In this document: positions 9,519 through 19,419 of the stretch, in pieces
Layout: each line of letters opens with the position of its first letter
Position numbering within the stretch: position 1 is the stretch's first letter
Assembly: GCA_016785015.1 (NCBI GenBank)
Contig: JADHTJ010000006.1
Location: forward strand, 18,927 to 82,926
DNA length: 64,000 bases
DNA from: Anaerolineales bacterium
GTDB taxonomy: Bacteria > Chloroflexota > Anaerolineae > Anaerolineales > UBA11858
Direction of reading: 5' to 3'
The notes under the pieces: generated by a model
What the model was told of the DNA's origin: nothing
What the model saw: the letters and a program-made list of their open reading frames with translations, nothing else
The model's database searches: none
Made by a program: the position numbers and the translations under genes

Positions 9519-9851
9519 ATGATGATGGCTGACAAATGTGTAATGGTGAAGGCAAAAAAAGACGTCTTTCCGTTTGAAAGGTATGGCAAAGATGGCGAAG
9601 GCAGACCAGAGGTCCGCCATCCGACGCCTAAGGTCAAAATTCCTGCCGGTCATCAAGTGGAGATCAATTTATCTCATCGTGAGACCAAGTGGGATGGGAA
9701 GGTTCACGTTAAGGGCGGAATTTGGACAACTGGTAACGCCGATATGGGTAGCAAATACCCTATGTATTTCATTTGCAATGGCAAAGGAAGAGTTGACGGT
9801 ACCGTTGTTAGCGTAAGTGGGATGTTTGTGCGCTGCGATCACGTCGATTGA
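9519..9851 (+). CDS. Hypothetical small protein, possibly SH3b-like
   Basis: RBS aaggag; 110 aa; beta-rich pattern ending GMFVRCDHV; followed by a hairpin. Confidence 0.65.
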   Translation: MMMADKCVMVKAKKDVFPFERYGKDGEGRPEVRHPTPKVKIPAGHQVEINLSHRETKWDGKVHVKGGIWTTGNADMGSKYPMYFICNGKGRVDGTVVSVSGMFVRCDHVD

Positions 9852-9911
9852 ATTTTTGTTTGGCAAACCAATACACCATGAGAGGCGCCCCGGTTTCCAA
9901 CAATAGTGCTT

Positions 9912-9949
9912 TAGCAAACTCCAGTGTAATTGCAGGAGTTTGCTAGTTT
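9912..9949 (+). terminator. Hairpin/terminator after ORF 9519
   Basis: tagcaaactcc-N-ggagtttgcta. Confidence 0.6.
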
Positions 9950-10114
9950 ACTCTGTAATACATAAATTTCATATCAAAGTAAATACAATCCCCATACTGG
10001 GTTTGGTTTTTGCTACATAGTTCTCTTGTGTTTCTTTATCATGGCAAAATCCAAGTAATAGAAAATTTTTTTACAAAGGAGCAAATAAGGTTACATAATT
10101 GGACAAAACTTATC

Positions 10115-10143
10115 TTGATATTGTTAATGATATGACTTATAAT
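10115..10143 (+). promoter_or_regulatory. Sigma70-type promoter for the AT-rich three-gene cluster
   Basis: TTGATA-N17-TATAAT. Confidence 0.55.
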
Positions 10144-10239
10144 GGTAATCTTATTGCAATGCATCTTAGGGGAGAATAGTCCATATTTTGCCTTTAAACA
10201 TCATGTCTTGTAGACTTGAACATTCGTAGGAGATAAACA

Positions 10240-13089
10240 ATGGAGAAACTAAGGGATGCTCTGCTCATCATTGCTGCTACATTAACTGTTATATTTACGG
10301 GATCAGCTATTGATTTTGGCAGTATTTTTGAAAATAATGAAACTGCGGTTCAAGTATTGGAATCTCTCTCCCCAGGCGAGAATGTTTTGGAATTAGCACC
10401 TGCTGAGGGAAATGTTGTTGAGGGCGAGGAACCTCCACCCTTCGACATTTCTCTCGAAACAAACAAAGACCAAATTTTTATTGGCAGTGGACTTGTTAAC
10501 TTCACCGTTTCTATAACAAATTCGTCAGAACAAGAAATTACACTAGCAAGTTTAAATGATGATAAATTCGGAGATCTTGATGGAGATTCAGATTGCAAAG
10601 CGGAATCAGTGATTGCAGCAGGTGCATCCTGTGATTTCCCATTCGAAGGTATCATTGAAGGGGATGCTGGCGCTACTCATACCAATTCAACAACGGTAAC
10701 AGCGACTACAACAATTGATGGATCTGAAGAAACAGTGGAAGCAAGTGCAAGCGTAGATATCGCGATTTCTGCATCTATTGTAGATATTCAACCAGGTACA
10801 GACATAACCATCTATACTACTTTGGCAAGTCCTTTTGGGAATTTTGTCAAAAATTCAAGTAATGTTCAATTATTGATTTGGGATCAAAACCCAAAAGAAG
10901 ATCTGTCTCTGGTATGGGGTCCAGTAACATCTTCTACCAGCGCAAATCAAACAAATCTTAAAATAGATGCAGGAACGAATACTTACGGATGGGGTGATTA
11001 TCAGATGAGTATTCGGAAACAATCTGATGAACAACTCACAGATGTTATTCATCCAATAAATATTTCTATTAAGAAATTTTTAACAAACTTAAAAGACAAA
11101 TCGTTTTCACGAATATTAATATCACCAGGCGAATATTCTTCCAATATCAAATTAATCAAAGGCGATGACAAAGAAGCCGGCAGCATCAATGTGAATGTCT
11201 TGGCAGGCTATTCATGGTGGTGGATATTGGTTACTGTGGCAGTGGGTGTAATTTCCACTAGGATCATTACGTGGTGGACAAATGAAGGAAAATACAAGGT
11301 TAATTGGGGATATCTTCGTGTAAGATGGATTGATCTGCTCAGTGAGAATTTAGATTGGACGAAAAAGGGAAAAATTCCAGATGATGCATACAAGCCGTTA
11401 CCTTTTCTCGTTCAAAAAGAGATCAACAATATATTAGACGAAATTAAAAATTGGGCAGATAAGATACACCACAAGAAATTAGAGATTGGGAAAACAAGAA
11501 GTGTGCTACCACAACTTCACTCATTGAACGAACAGCTAAATAAGTATCTAATAATAGATCAGCCAGTTGACATTAATAATTTGGTAAGTAGTGAAAAAAA
11601 TATTAATGTCATTGAAAAAATATTTACAGAAATTGAGTCAGAATCAAGAAAAAATTTAGAGGCCGCAATTTCTGCTTCGGATATCATATTTGATCAGAAT
11701 AATTATCTATCTTTGCGCAGGAATTTGGAAATTGTCAAAGAAAATTGCAGCGATGTCGACAAAAACCACGTTGACAACTTAGAGAAAATCATTAGCGATT
11801 ATTCTGACCTATTGTTGGAATATCATAGCATCAAACCAAAGAAAAACCAAAATATAACTTATAACGAAATTGCTAAAGCAGTTCAAGGCATGGAGCAGCT
11901 ATATAAAAATTTTAAAGAAAAAATATCAAAACCAATCGACTCCAAAGAGCTCAATGATTGGATTAATAACCATGGAACGAGTAGTTCTCTATGCAAATCC
12001 GCTATTACCATTAAAAAATTATTTACTCAACTCTACAGTCAATTACCGTTGAATAGTGTCCACAGTTCTAAGTTTCCTTCATCATCAAAACTACACACAT
12101 TATTAGCGAGTTTAACCACCGAGCTACAAACCATTAATGACGCAGTGTATCAAATCAATAGCACCCATATCAGTGAAAATTTCCTCCGGGACATTATGCT
12201 GGCGCCAATTATGGATGATTTCTCCATTGCGGATAATGACTTCAATAATCCAGACTCAACCCTTAGCTCGATTTGGAAAAAACATAGTTTTCGATATAAG
12301 CAAAACAAGCGAATTGCGAAAGCAGGGCAAGTATTACACAAAGTTAAGGAATATGAGGATACAAAGGTTTCCCGCAGCGCAGGCTATCGTCACCTGATTG
12401 AAAGAAAAGCACTCCAGGCTGAAGTCGAATCTGAGCGCGCAGTGTCGAAACTTTCAAAATCTCTAAAGATCGACATTAAATTGAGTTGGCTGAAAGATTT
12501 TTGGGGCAAAATTTGGCCTAAGGAGCCAAAGCAAAAAGATAAACAAACCTTCATCTTCATTAAATCAATAAAAATAAATCCCCATTTATTCTTGTGGATG
12601 CGACGATTTCTAGGATTGCTGTCTGTTTTTGCTGTGGCATTTATTTTTATTTTTGGTCTAAGATGGATTAGCTTATCGTATAGTTCCAATTTACTCTTTA
12701 CGACAAGCAGCCCAAGAGGGGTCCGGTGGATATTGATAGGCATTATCGCATTGGTGGCGATTTGGTTATTGAGAAAATGGCTAAACAATAATCTTCTTAT
12801 TCGATTTTTGCTCTCAGAATTTTTCGAAAACATAGGTCCAGCTACTCTTTGGATCTTTTCATCAACTTTCGGCAGCATTCTGACCATAGCAGTTGCTACG
12901 ATCTTGGTTGTTTATGGGTATTCACTATTTAGTAATTTGACAACCTGGGGCACGCCCAATGATTTTTTGTTGGCTTTGGCCGTAGGGGTTCTAAGTGATC
13001 GCCTAGCAATTCCCTCAAAAAGCCTGCTGCAAAAATTGGACGAAAAAATAAAAGAGTTTAGTCAAACAAAAGAAGAGGGCGAAAGCTGA
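10240..13089 (+). CDS. Large hypothetical membrane protein (N-terminal anchor, Ig-like extracellular region, TM helix, long helical region, about four C-terminal TM helices)
   Basis: 949 aa, RBS aggag; FTVSITNSS...HTNSTTVTA Ig-like segment; YSWWWILVTVAVGV TM; C-terminal TWGTPNDFLLALAVG; AT-rich codons. Confidence 0.8.
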   Translation: MEKLRDALLIIAATLTVIFTGSAIDFGSIFENNETAVQVLESLSPGENVLELAPAEGNVVEGEEPPPFDISLETNKDQIFIGSGLVNFTVSITNSSEQEITLASLNDDKFGDLDGDSDCKAESVIAAGASCDFPFEGIIEGDAGATHTNSTTVTATTTIDGSEETVEASASVDIAISASIVDIQPGTDITIYTTLASPFGNFVKNSSNVQLLIWDQNPKEDLSLVWGPVTSSTSANQTNLKIDAGTNTYGWGDYQMSIRKQSDEQLTDVIHPINISIKKFLTNLKDKSFSRILISPGEYSSNIKLIKGDDKEAGSINVNVLAGYSWWWILVTVAVGVISTRIITWWTNEGKYKVNWGYLRVRWIDLLSENLDWTKKGKIPDDAYKPLPFLVQKEINNILDEIKNWADKIHHKKLEIGKTRSVLPQLHSLNEQLNKYLIIDQPVDINNLVSSEKNINVIEKIFTEIESESRKNLEAAISASDIIFDQNNYLSLRRNLEIVKENCSDVDKNHVDNLEKIISDYSDLLLEYHSIKPKKNQNITYNEIAKAVQGMEQLYKNFKEKISKPIDSKELNDWINNHGTSSSLCKSAITIKKLFTQLYSQLPLNSVHSSKFPSSSKLHTLLASLTTELQTINDAVYQINSTHISENFLRDIMLAPIMDDFSIADNDFNNPDSTLSSIWKKHSFRYKQNKRIAKAGQVLHKVKEYEDTKVSRSAGYRHLIERKALQAEVESERAVSKLSKSLKIDIKLSWLKDFWGKIWPKEPKQKDKQTFIFIKSIKINPHLFLWMRRFLGLLSVFAVAFIFIFGLRWISLSYSSNLLFTTSSPRGVRWILIGIIALVAIWLLRKWLNNNLLIRFLLSEFFENIGPATLWIFSSTFGSILTIAVATILVVYGYSLFSNLTTWGTPNDFLLALAVGVLSDRLAIPSKSLLQKLDEKIKEFSQTKEEGES

Positions 13090-13120
13090 TCTCGCACAAA
13101 ATATTTTTGGAGTAGATCTC

Positions 13121-16114
13121 ATGAGAAAACAACTTTTTTCAGTTTTTCTTATTCTTTTTGTAGCTTTAGCACTAACGTCCTGTAAAAACCCAGTAAAACT
13201 CTGTGACAAGTTGCAGAACAACGATAAAGATGTGCAGCTTGATGGTTTAGACACACTGAAGAGATACAAAGAAAATGATTTCGAGAACCTTCAGGATGAT
13301 GAACGAGAATCGCTCTTTGATTGTGTTTTCTTTGCTTTGGGAGATACAGATGAAGAAGTTCGTCAGAAGACATTTGAAACATTAAAGAATCTCATAATTG
13401 ATAACGAACTCAAACATTCCGTCGGCGTAGATCAATTCTCTACTGCAATAACTGCAACATTTGGCGATGAGAATAAATACAATGACACCGTCAGAGGATT
13501 CGCAATTGATTTGATAGCATTTTTTGGCAAAGATGCTTCAAAAGCCATCAGCCCAATCATTCAGACCATGGGCAAAGATGGATTAAATGAAAAATCAATC
13601 AACGCCCTAAAGAAAATCATCGTTGACGAAAGTATCCCGGAAGGCATAGCCAAAATCGAAACTGCGCTTGCAGATGAGTTAGCCAAATTACCTGATGATA
13701 AACAAGAAGAATTACCTGAAAAAATTAATTTAAATACTATCAATGGGGCAGCGAAAATCATCGAATATCTTGGCCCTAAAGCGACTAACACTGTAGATGC
13801 CCTGATTACAATTCTTGGTGAGAGCAGATTTTCATTTGAACTTCGCAATCAAGCTGCATCAAGCCTCGGCAGTATTGGTGAGGCCGCCCGGGATGCGATT
13901 GACTTACTCATTGAGACAATGGGTATGAATGAGCTGCACAAGAAGTCAACTGATGCTCTTAAGGAGATCATCAATGGTAACAATATCACCGAAGGAGTGA
14001 ATAAGCTTGAATCCGTCATAAATACGGAATTTAAAAAATTACCAGAAGATCCTCAAGCGAAGTTACCAAAAGAATTAAACATAAATATCGTAGACGGGGT
14101 ATTGCAAATCATCGGCAATGTTGGGTCAAAGGGGTCTCAAATAGCAATTGAGACAATTCTTGTTCTTGAAGAAGCAAGGTTTTCCTATGGCATTCGCAAT
14201 CAAGCTGCAGTAACCTTAGGGGATTTCGGCGAGACAGCCAAGGAAGCCATTGACCCCCTTATTCAAACGATGGGCGAAGAGCAGCTCCACGAAAAATCAA
14301 CCAAAGCCTTAGAAAAAATAATTGTTGGGGATAATATTCCTGAGGGACTTGCTAAAATTGAGATCACGCTAAACACTGAATTGGCCAAGTTACCTAAAGA
14401 TAAAACAGAAAACCTCCCTGACGAATTAAATATATTCATTGTAGTGGGTGCCACTCAGATTATCAGCGGCATCGAGCTAAAGACAGTCCAAGCTACCGAT
14501 GAACTCATCCTAATCCTGGAAACACTTGCTTTTGGTGACGATCTTCGCAATCAAGCTGCCTTTGCGTTAGGCAATATTGGGGAAGCAGCGGCTGACGCAA
14601 TTGATCCCCTCATTTTGACTCTGGGCGAGGACGATCTTCATGATAATTCACTAGAAGCCCTCAAAAGTATTCTAATTGGGAAAAACATAACTGCCAAAAA
14701 CATAAAAAAACTCGAGGTTGAACTAAAAAATAATGTGGATGTTGGCGGAGCCATTAATATCTTGGAAGATTCAGAAAACACCGCATGGAAACTTAGAGAA
14801 ATGGCAGCAAAGGTATTAATGGACATAGGAACGGGAGAATCATTTGAACTTGATGCCCTAATTTCTGCATTTGGAGATCCTAACATTTCAGTACAAAGTG
14901 CAGCCGAGAAAACTCTTCAAAGTTATATTCAAGATGAAGGAAGCTACGCAAGTGATCAAACAATCGAAGCCCTTGTCAACGCCTTGACTGATGAGACTGC
15001 CAAAACTCGATCAGCCCGTCTAATAAAATCCATTAGCCCAAATTTATTTATTGCGCTCGATAAAGCAGTGAGTACTTTGATAAATACATATCTTAATGGC
15101 AATGATGAATCCAAAAACATCATGACGGATAAAACTCTTAATACGAAATATCAAAATGCAATCATCGATGGCTTGCTTGAAGAATTCTCGAAGAATGAAA
15201 CTGACAATTATGACTTTAATATGGATAATAAAGCTCCAAATGAAGATGAAATCATCGAAGTTTTTACAAGTATGACCGGGGTTACAGACAAACTATTGAA
15301 AATCTTTAAAAATGAAGTCGCAGGAGAAATTTATGAAAACAAATATAGAGAAGCAGCCGCATGGGTTCTCGCAAGAACAGGCAAAGAGGGAACGAAAGTA
15401 ATCAATGAATTCAAAAACATCTTGCACGAAACCGCATTTCCAGAAACCATTACTGAGGCCCTTGGACTATTTGTACTTTCTGATAATGAGAATGAAGCAA
15501 AAGAGGCATTAGTAGCACTTCTAGCAATGTTCGATGCATCATCTTTTGATGCAGATGAATTTGACCCTTCAGAGAATAGCTCTTCCCATCTATGGGATTG
15601 GAGTGTATGGGACGCAGAGGTAATCCTGATTAGAGATGATATCTACACCAAAAATCACGAATTTCTGACAAAGATTGTTAGTGATGGAGACTTATCACCA
15701 GGAGTTCGATCAGCTGCAGTTTTTGTGATTGGAGAAAATGCAATATTCTATCGTGGAGATGCCGAATCTGAGGTGTATTTGAAGGGGCGGAAAACTTTGC
15801 TCGATACTCTATCAGTTCAGATCAATGAAGGAACTGATGAATGGATGATCCCTAGAACAGCTGCCGTTGAGCTAGGAGTAATGTATTATTATCCTAGTCC
15901 AGTTAGTTTTGAGCCTGAGACTTGTGAGTTAATAGATAAGCTAATAATTATTCTAGAAAACCAACTTGTTCAAGTCGACAAACTTGACGAGTCAGTTAAT
16001 TGGGTTCTAAAATTAATTACCAATATTAACGAAAATTATCCTGAAGAATGGCGTCAATGGTATGAGGACCCTGAAACAGGAAGTGGATGTGAACTAGAAA
16101 TTGGTAATGAATAG
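13121..16114 (+). CDS. HEAT-repeat lipoprotein
   Basis: Lipobox LALTSC; repeated RNQAA..LG.IGE.A..AI..LI..; 117-aa super-repeat. Confidence 0.85.
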   Translation: MRKQLFSVFLILFVALALTSCKNPVKLCDKLQNNDKDVQLDGLDTLKRYKENDFENLQDDERESLFDCVFFALGDTDEEVRQKTFETLKNLIIDNELKHSVGVDQFSTAITATFGDENKYNDTVRGFAIDLIAFFGKDASKAISPIIQTMGKDGLNEKSINALKKIIVDESIPEGIAKIETALADELAKLPDDKQEELPEKINLNTINGAAKIIEYLGPKATNTVDALITILGESRFSFELRNQAASSLGSIGEAARDAIDLLIETMGMNELHKKSTDALKEIINGNNITEGVNKLESVINTEFKKLPEDPQAKLPKELNINIVDGVLQIIGNVGSKGSQIAIETILVLEEARFSYGIRNQAAVTLGDFGETAKEAIDPLIQTMGEEQLHEKSTKALEKIIVGDNIPEGLAKIEITLNTELAKLPKDKTENLPDELNIFIVVGATQIISGIELKTVQATDELILILETLAFGDDLRNQAAFALGNIGEAAADAIDPLILTLGEDDLHDNSLEALKSILIGKNITAKNIKKLEVELKNNVDVGGAINILEDSENTAWKLREMAAKVLMDIGTGESFELDALISAFGDPNISVQSAAEKTLQSYIQDEGSYASDQTIEALVNALTDETAKTRSARLIKSISPNLFIALDKAVSTLINTYLNGNDESKNIMTDKTLNTKYQNAIIDGLLEEFSKNETDNYDFNMDNKAPNEDEIIEVFTSMTGVTDKLLKIFKNEVAGEIYENKYREAAAWVLARTGKEGTKVINEFKNILHETAFPETITEALGLFVLSDNENEAKEALVALLAMFDASSFDADEFDPSENSSSHLWDWSVWDAEVILIRDDIYTKNHEFLTKIVSDGDLSPGVRSAAVFVIGENAIFYRGDAESEVYLKGRKTLLDTLSVQINEGTDEWMIPRTAAVELGVMYYYPSPVSFEPETCELIDKLIIILENQLVQVDKLDESVNWVLKLITNINENYPEEWRQWYEDPETGSGCELEIGNE

Positions 16115-16167
16115 CAAGCCACAATAATTCAGCGTTTTTCAAAAAATTTAGTTACCAATTGAATAGT

Positions 16168-17718
16168 ATGAAAACTACCTCTCAAATCCATATATTAATA
16201 GTATTGTTTCTAATTACTACAGCATGTAATTTGAGAAACGAGCAAGATCTTGTTGAAAAGATACCGCTTGATAGTTTAGTTGAATCAACGGTTTTCATCG
16301 GCACCAAACGGGAATCGATTGGTGATGATGTTAAAACGAAGGGATCTGGAATAGTAATATCACCGGATGGGCTTATTCTAACAAATGCTCATGTTGTCAG
16401 CCCATTAGAAGTAGGGAAAAGGAAACTGAATCCCGAATTATTCTTTATACTCACATCTGTTAATTCCGCTGAAAAACCAACCATCAAATATTTAGCAGAT
16501 ATAGTTGCAATTGATGCCACCCTCGATCTTGCGATACTACAAATTACACATCATTTTTTTGAAACAGAAGATGGGGAAAAAACATCTAAAGAAATCAACT
16601 CTGACGAGATTAATTTGCCATATATTGAAATTGATTATTCTCATACAGCCGGGATAAGTGAAAGCATTCATGTTCTTGGATATCCCACTATAGGAGAAGA
16701 CACTATTACTTATTCAACAGGAATTGTGGCTGGCTTCTCAGAAGAAGTGGTATGCGATCTCAATAACAACTGTACAACTGCATGGATCAAAACCGATGCG
16801 GTAATATCAGCGGGAAATTCTGGCGGTCCTGTAGTAAATAATGAAGGCAAATTAATTGGGATTGCTACAAAATCCTTTGAAGTTGAATGTAGGCGGGTGG
16901 CCGATACAAATGAAGACGGAGATATCAATAATAAAGACCATTGTGTCGCAGCAGGTGGATTTCTAAACAAAGTTCGCCCAATTCACTTTGCAAACGATAT
17001 CATATCTGCTTCAATAGAAAACCGAGAATATGGCAGCCGATACGTCCAACCCGACATTCCTTTTTGGATCGAATTTATCGGTTGGTCTGAAGAATTAGAA
17101 ACCACGCAGTGTCCAAATTCCACAGTTGATTTCTATGATGAATATACGAATCACATTACCGCATATTTCGACTACAGCGGATTGGAAGAGGACGAAATTA
17201 TTCAAGCATTTTGGTTTCATGATGTTAACTTGATCAAAGAAGAGAAAGTTAAGTTCATAGGTAATCAAAGCATAAAATGTATGCCCCTTTCTTTGGAATT
17301 TGAACAATATGAAAATATCCCGCCTGGCAATTACTCATTATTAGTTGCACAAAATGATCAGCCACTTGCGTTTGAGCATACAAAAGTTACAGAGTTTGAT
17401 CAAAGAATATCCATCTCTGGGTATGTCAGAGAATCCGTATCAAAAAATGCCATTGCAAATGCTCTAGTTTATATTCTCAAACCTGGAGTGTCCCCTTATA
17501 GTTGGATAATTGAAGGCAAGGATGATGCAGTTGCGAGACTAAGTAAAACCGACGAGAATGGCTTGATCATCTTCGAAGGTATTCCACGCGGAGATAAATT
17601 TACTATTGTTGCTATGGCCAAAGGATACCAAACGGGATTTATTTCGATCCTAATTCATGAATTCGAGACCTTCCAAACAAGCAATCAAATAGAAATCTTG
17701 CTTGAAAGCAAAAAATAA
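16168..17718 (+). CDS. Trypsin-like (S1) serine protease lipoprotein with C-terminal carboxypeptidase-regulatory-like domain
   Basis: ITTAC lipobox; GSGIVISPDGLILTNAHVV, DLAIL, GNSGGP triad; ISGYVRE...TDENG. Confidence 0.9.
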   Translation: MKTTSQIHILIVLFLITTACNLRNEQDLVEKIPLDSLVESTVFIGTKRESIGDDVKTKGSGIVISPDGLILTNAHVVSPLEVGKRKLNPELFFILTSVNSAEKPTIKYLADIVAIDATLDLAILQITHHFFETEDGEKTSKEINSDEINLPYIEIDYSHTAGISESIHVLGYPTIGEDTITYSTGIVAGFSEEVVCDLNNNCTTAWIKTDAVISAGNSGGPVVNNEGKLIGIATKSFEVECRRVADTNEDGDINNKDHCVAAGGFLNKVRPIHFANDIISASIENREYGSRYVQPDIPFWIEFIGWSEELETTQCPNSTVDFYDEYTNHITAYFDYSGLEEDEIIQAFWFHDVNLIKEEKVKFIGNQSIKCMPLSLEFEQYENIPPGNYSLLVAQNDQPLAFEHTKVTEFDQRISISGYVRESVSKNAIANALVYILKPGVSPYSWIIEGKDDAVARLSKTDENGLIIFEGIPRGDKFTIVAMAKGYQTGFISILIHEFETFQTSNQIEILLESKK

Positions 17719-17794
17719 CCTTACTCAAAATAATTATTCGGTGATCTAGGGCAATTACGCCCACCCCCTTTACCCACTAAATCGCATAAAAGGC

Positions 17795-17823
17795 TTGACA
17801 AGCGCTTAAAAACCTGCTATTAT
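17795..17823 (+). promoter_or_regulatory. Sigma70-type promoter
   Basis: TTGACA-N17-TATTAT. Confidence 0.7.
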
Positions 17824-17875
17824 TTAGCCAGTCCACCCGATTTAGCGGGTATACCGAATAAAGCAGGAGTAAAAA

Positions 17876-18970
17876 ATGGCTAATCTTGAGTTGATCGCCC
17901 CCCAGAAAATTGCTACGTTCAGGTTCTCTACGGATCCGGTTCGCAATCTGCTGTGCAGTCTTTTCTTGCTCAATGACGAAAAAGACGAGTTCTCAGAATG
18001 GGTCAACAGCATGATCAAAGGGCTTTCACAGGATCAGCTCAAAGAAAATAAAATGCTCACCGGTATCGCATCGAGATTTGCCGAAGGCCAGGAATGGTCA
18101 AGTTTTCCCGAATGGCTGAAAGCGCTGGAAGCCCGCGACCCTCAAGAAATGCAAGACTGGCTGATCGAAGATTTCTTGAAAGTCTCGGCCGAAATCATGG
18201 GGCTGCCCGAGGACCAACTCCCCACCCGAGAAGATATTACGTCTGGTGATGAGTTTTATCTGGCCACTTATGAGAAAGTTTACGAAAAGAAAGGTTATGA
18301 GTTTGATCGAGATTATCACCAGAAAGAGTATCAGCTGATAAAAGATGCCGCCACAGCTAAGAAGAAAATCGTTTCCTATATGCGCTATATGTGGGAAGAG
18401 CATCTTCAAGATGAGTGGGAACGCATTCAGCCAATGCTAGCTGACTCGATCAGAGCTTTCGAAACGTTAGATTTCTCGGGTATGTCCACAGAAGAAGCCC
18501 TACTGCGTATCACCGGCAGGGATCAGATGCCACAAATCTGGGATCAGTGGATCTCCTCAACTGAAGAAGTGGTCATAGTCCCGTCGGCACACATCGGGCC
18601 ATACCTGATGACTATGGACAAGAATGAAAGCACGGTCTGGTTGGTGGTGAGGGCGCACATTCCCGAGGGAGCAGGAATCTCATCACCCACACTGACCCGC
18701 TCTGAGCTCCTGATGCGTATCTCCGCTTTATCAAACGATACCCGCCTGCGGATACTAGAAGAACTACATATTAAAGGTGAACTCAATGCTACAGATATTC
18801 AGAAAAACTTAGAATTGACCCAGTCTGCTACGTCAAGACATCTGACACAACTTTTTGCGACAGGTTTCCTGCATCAACGGAGGCTGGAGGGCGTCAAACA
18901 TTACAACATCAACTATGATCGTATAGACAATACGGCCGACGCTTTAGTTGGATTTTTGGACCACAAATAA
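17876..18970 (+). CDS. Transcriptional regulator with C-terminal ArsR-type HTH and large N-terminal domain
   Basis: ALSNDTRLRILEEL...LTQSATSRHLTQL; VPSAHIGPY. Confidence 0.85.
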   Translation: MANLELIAPQKIATFRFSTDPVRNLLCSLFLLNDEKDEFSEWVNSMIKGLSQDQLKENKMLTGIASRFAEGQEWSSFPEWLKALEARDPQEMQDWLIEDFLKVSAEIMGLPEDQLPTREDITSGDEFYLATYEKVYEKKGYEFDRDYHQKEYQLIKDAATAKKKIVSYMRYMWEEHLQDEWERIQPMLADSIRAFETLDFSGMSTEEALLRITGRDQMPQIWDQWISSTEEVVIVPSAHIGPYLMTMDKNESTVWLVVRAHIPEGAGISSPTLTRSELLMRISALSNDTRLRILEELHIKGELNATDIQKNLELTQSATSRHLTQLFATGFLHQRRLEGVKHYNINYDRIDNTADALVGFLDHK

Positions 18971-18984
18971 TTGGAGAGTGAACA

Positions 18985-19152
18985 GTGTTAAAAGATAGAT
19001 TGCTTGTTCTCGATCTGGTCGAAGATGGAAAGATCTCCGTTCCCGAAGCTGTGGAACTCATCGAATCCATCAATGTCGACGAACCGAGCAATGGTTCCAA
19101 CGATGCCGGACAGAACGAAAACGAGATTATTATCCACTTGTATATAGAGTAA
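18985..19152 (+). CDS. Small SHOCT-like protein (55 aa, below the ORF-track cutoff)
   Basis: GTG after ggagag; MLKDRLLVLDLVEDGKISVPEAVELIESI resembles the R..IL.M...GKI...EA..L pattern. Confidence 0.7.
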   Translation: MLKDRLLVLDLVEDGKISVPEAVELIESINVDEPSNGSNDAGQNENEIIIHLYIE

Positions 19153-19162
19153 GTACTTAATC

Positions 19163-19243
19163 CCATCCCCCTTTTCCCCCTTCCTGGGAAGGGGGGGACA
19201 GTGCAAAAACAGGGTGTGAGCTATGCTCACACCCTGTTTTTGC
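19163..19243. repeat. Two adjacent hairpins between convergent genes
   Basis: cccccttcctgggaaggggg, and gcaaaaacagggtgtgagc-tat-gctcacaccctgtttttgc. Confidence 0.7.
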
Positions 19244-19419
19244 GAATTTCTATTAGATTTTCTTTATATATATAATTTTCTCAAACACCAGCCAGGGGGT
19301 TAGATACTTAAATCCTAAATCCAGGTTTATAAGGTTCCCTGTATCCACAGCAAAGAAAAATGCTGCAGGGATGACGGCGCGATGCTGAAACTCGTTTATA
19401 TATGTGAAAGGCTAATTCG

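Noticed and set aside
10240-17718. Prophage or integrative element
   Set aside because: No integrase, transposase, phage structural gene, tRNA or flanking att repeat was seen. Only base composition suggests foreign origin.
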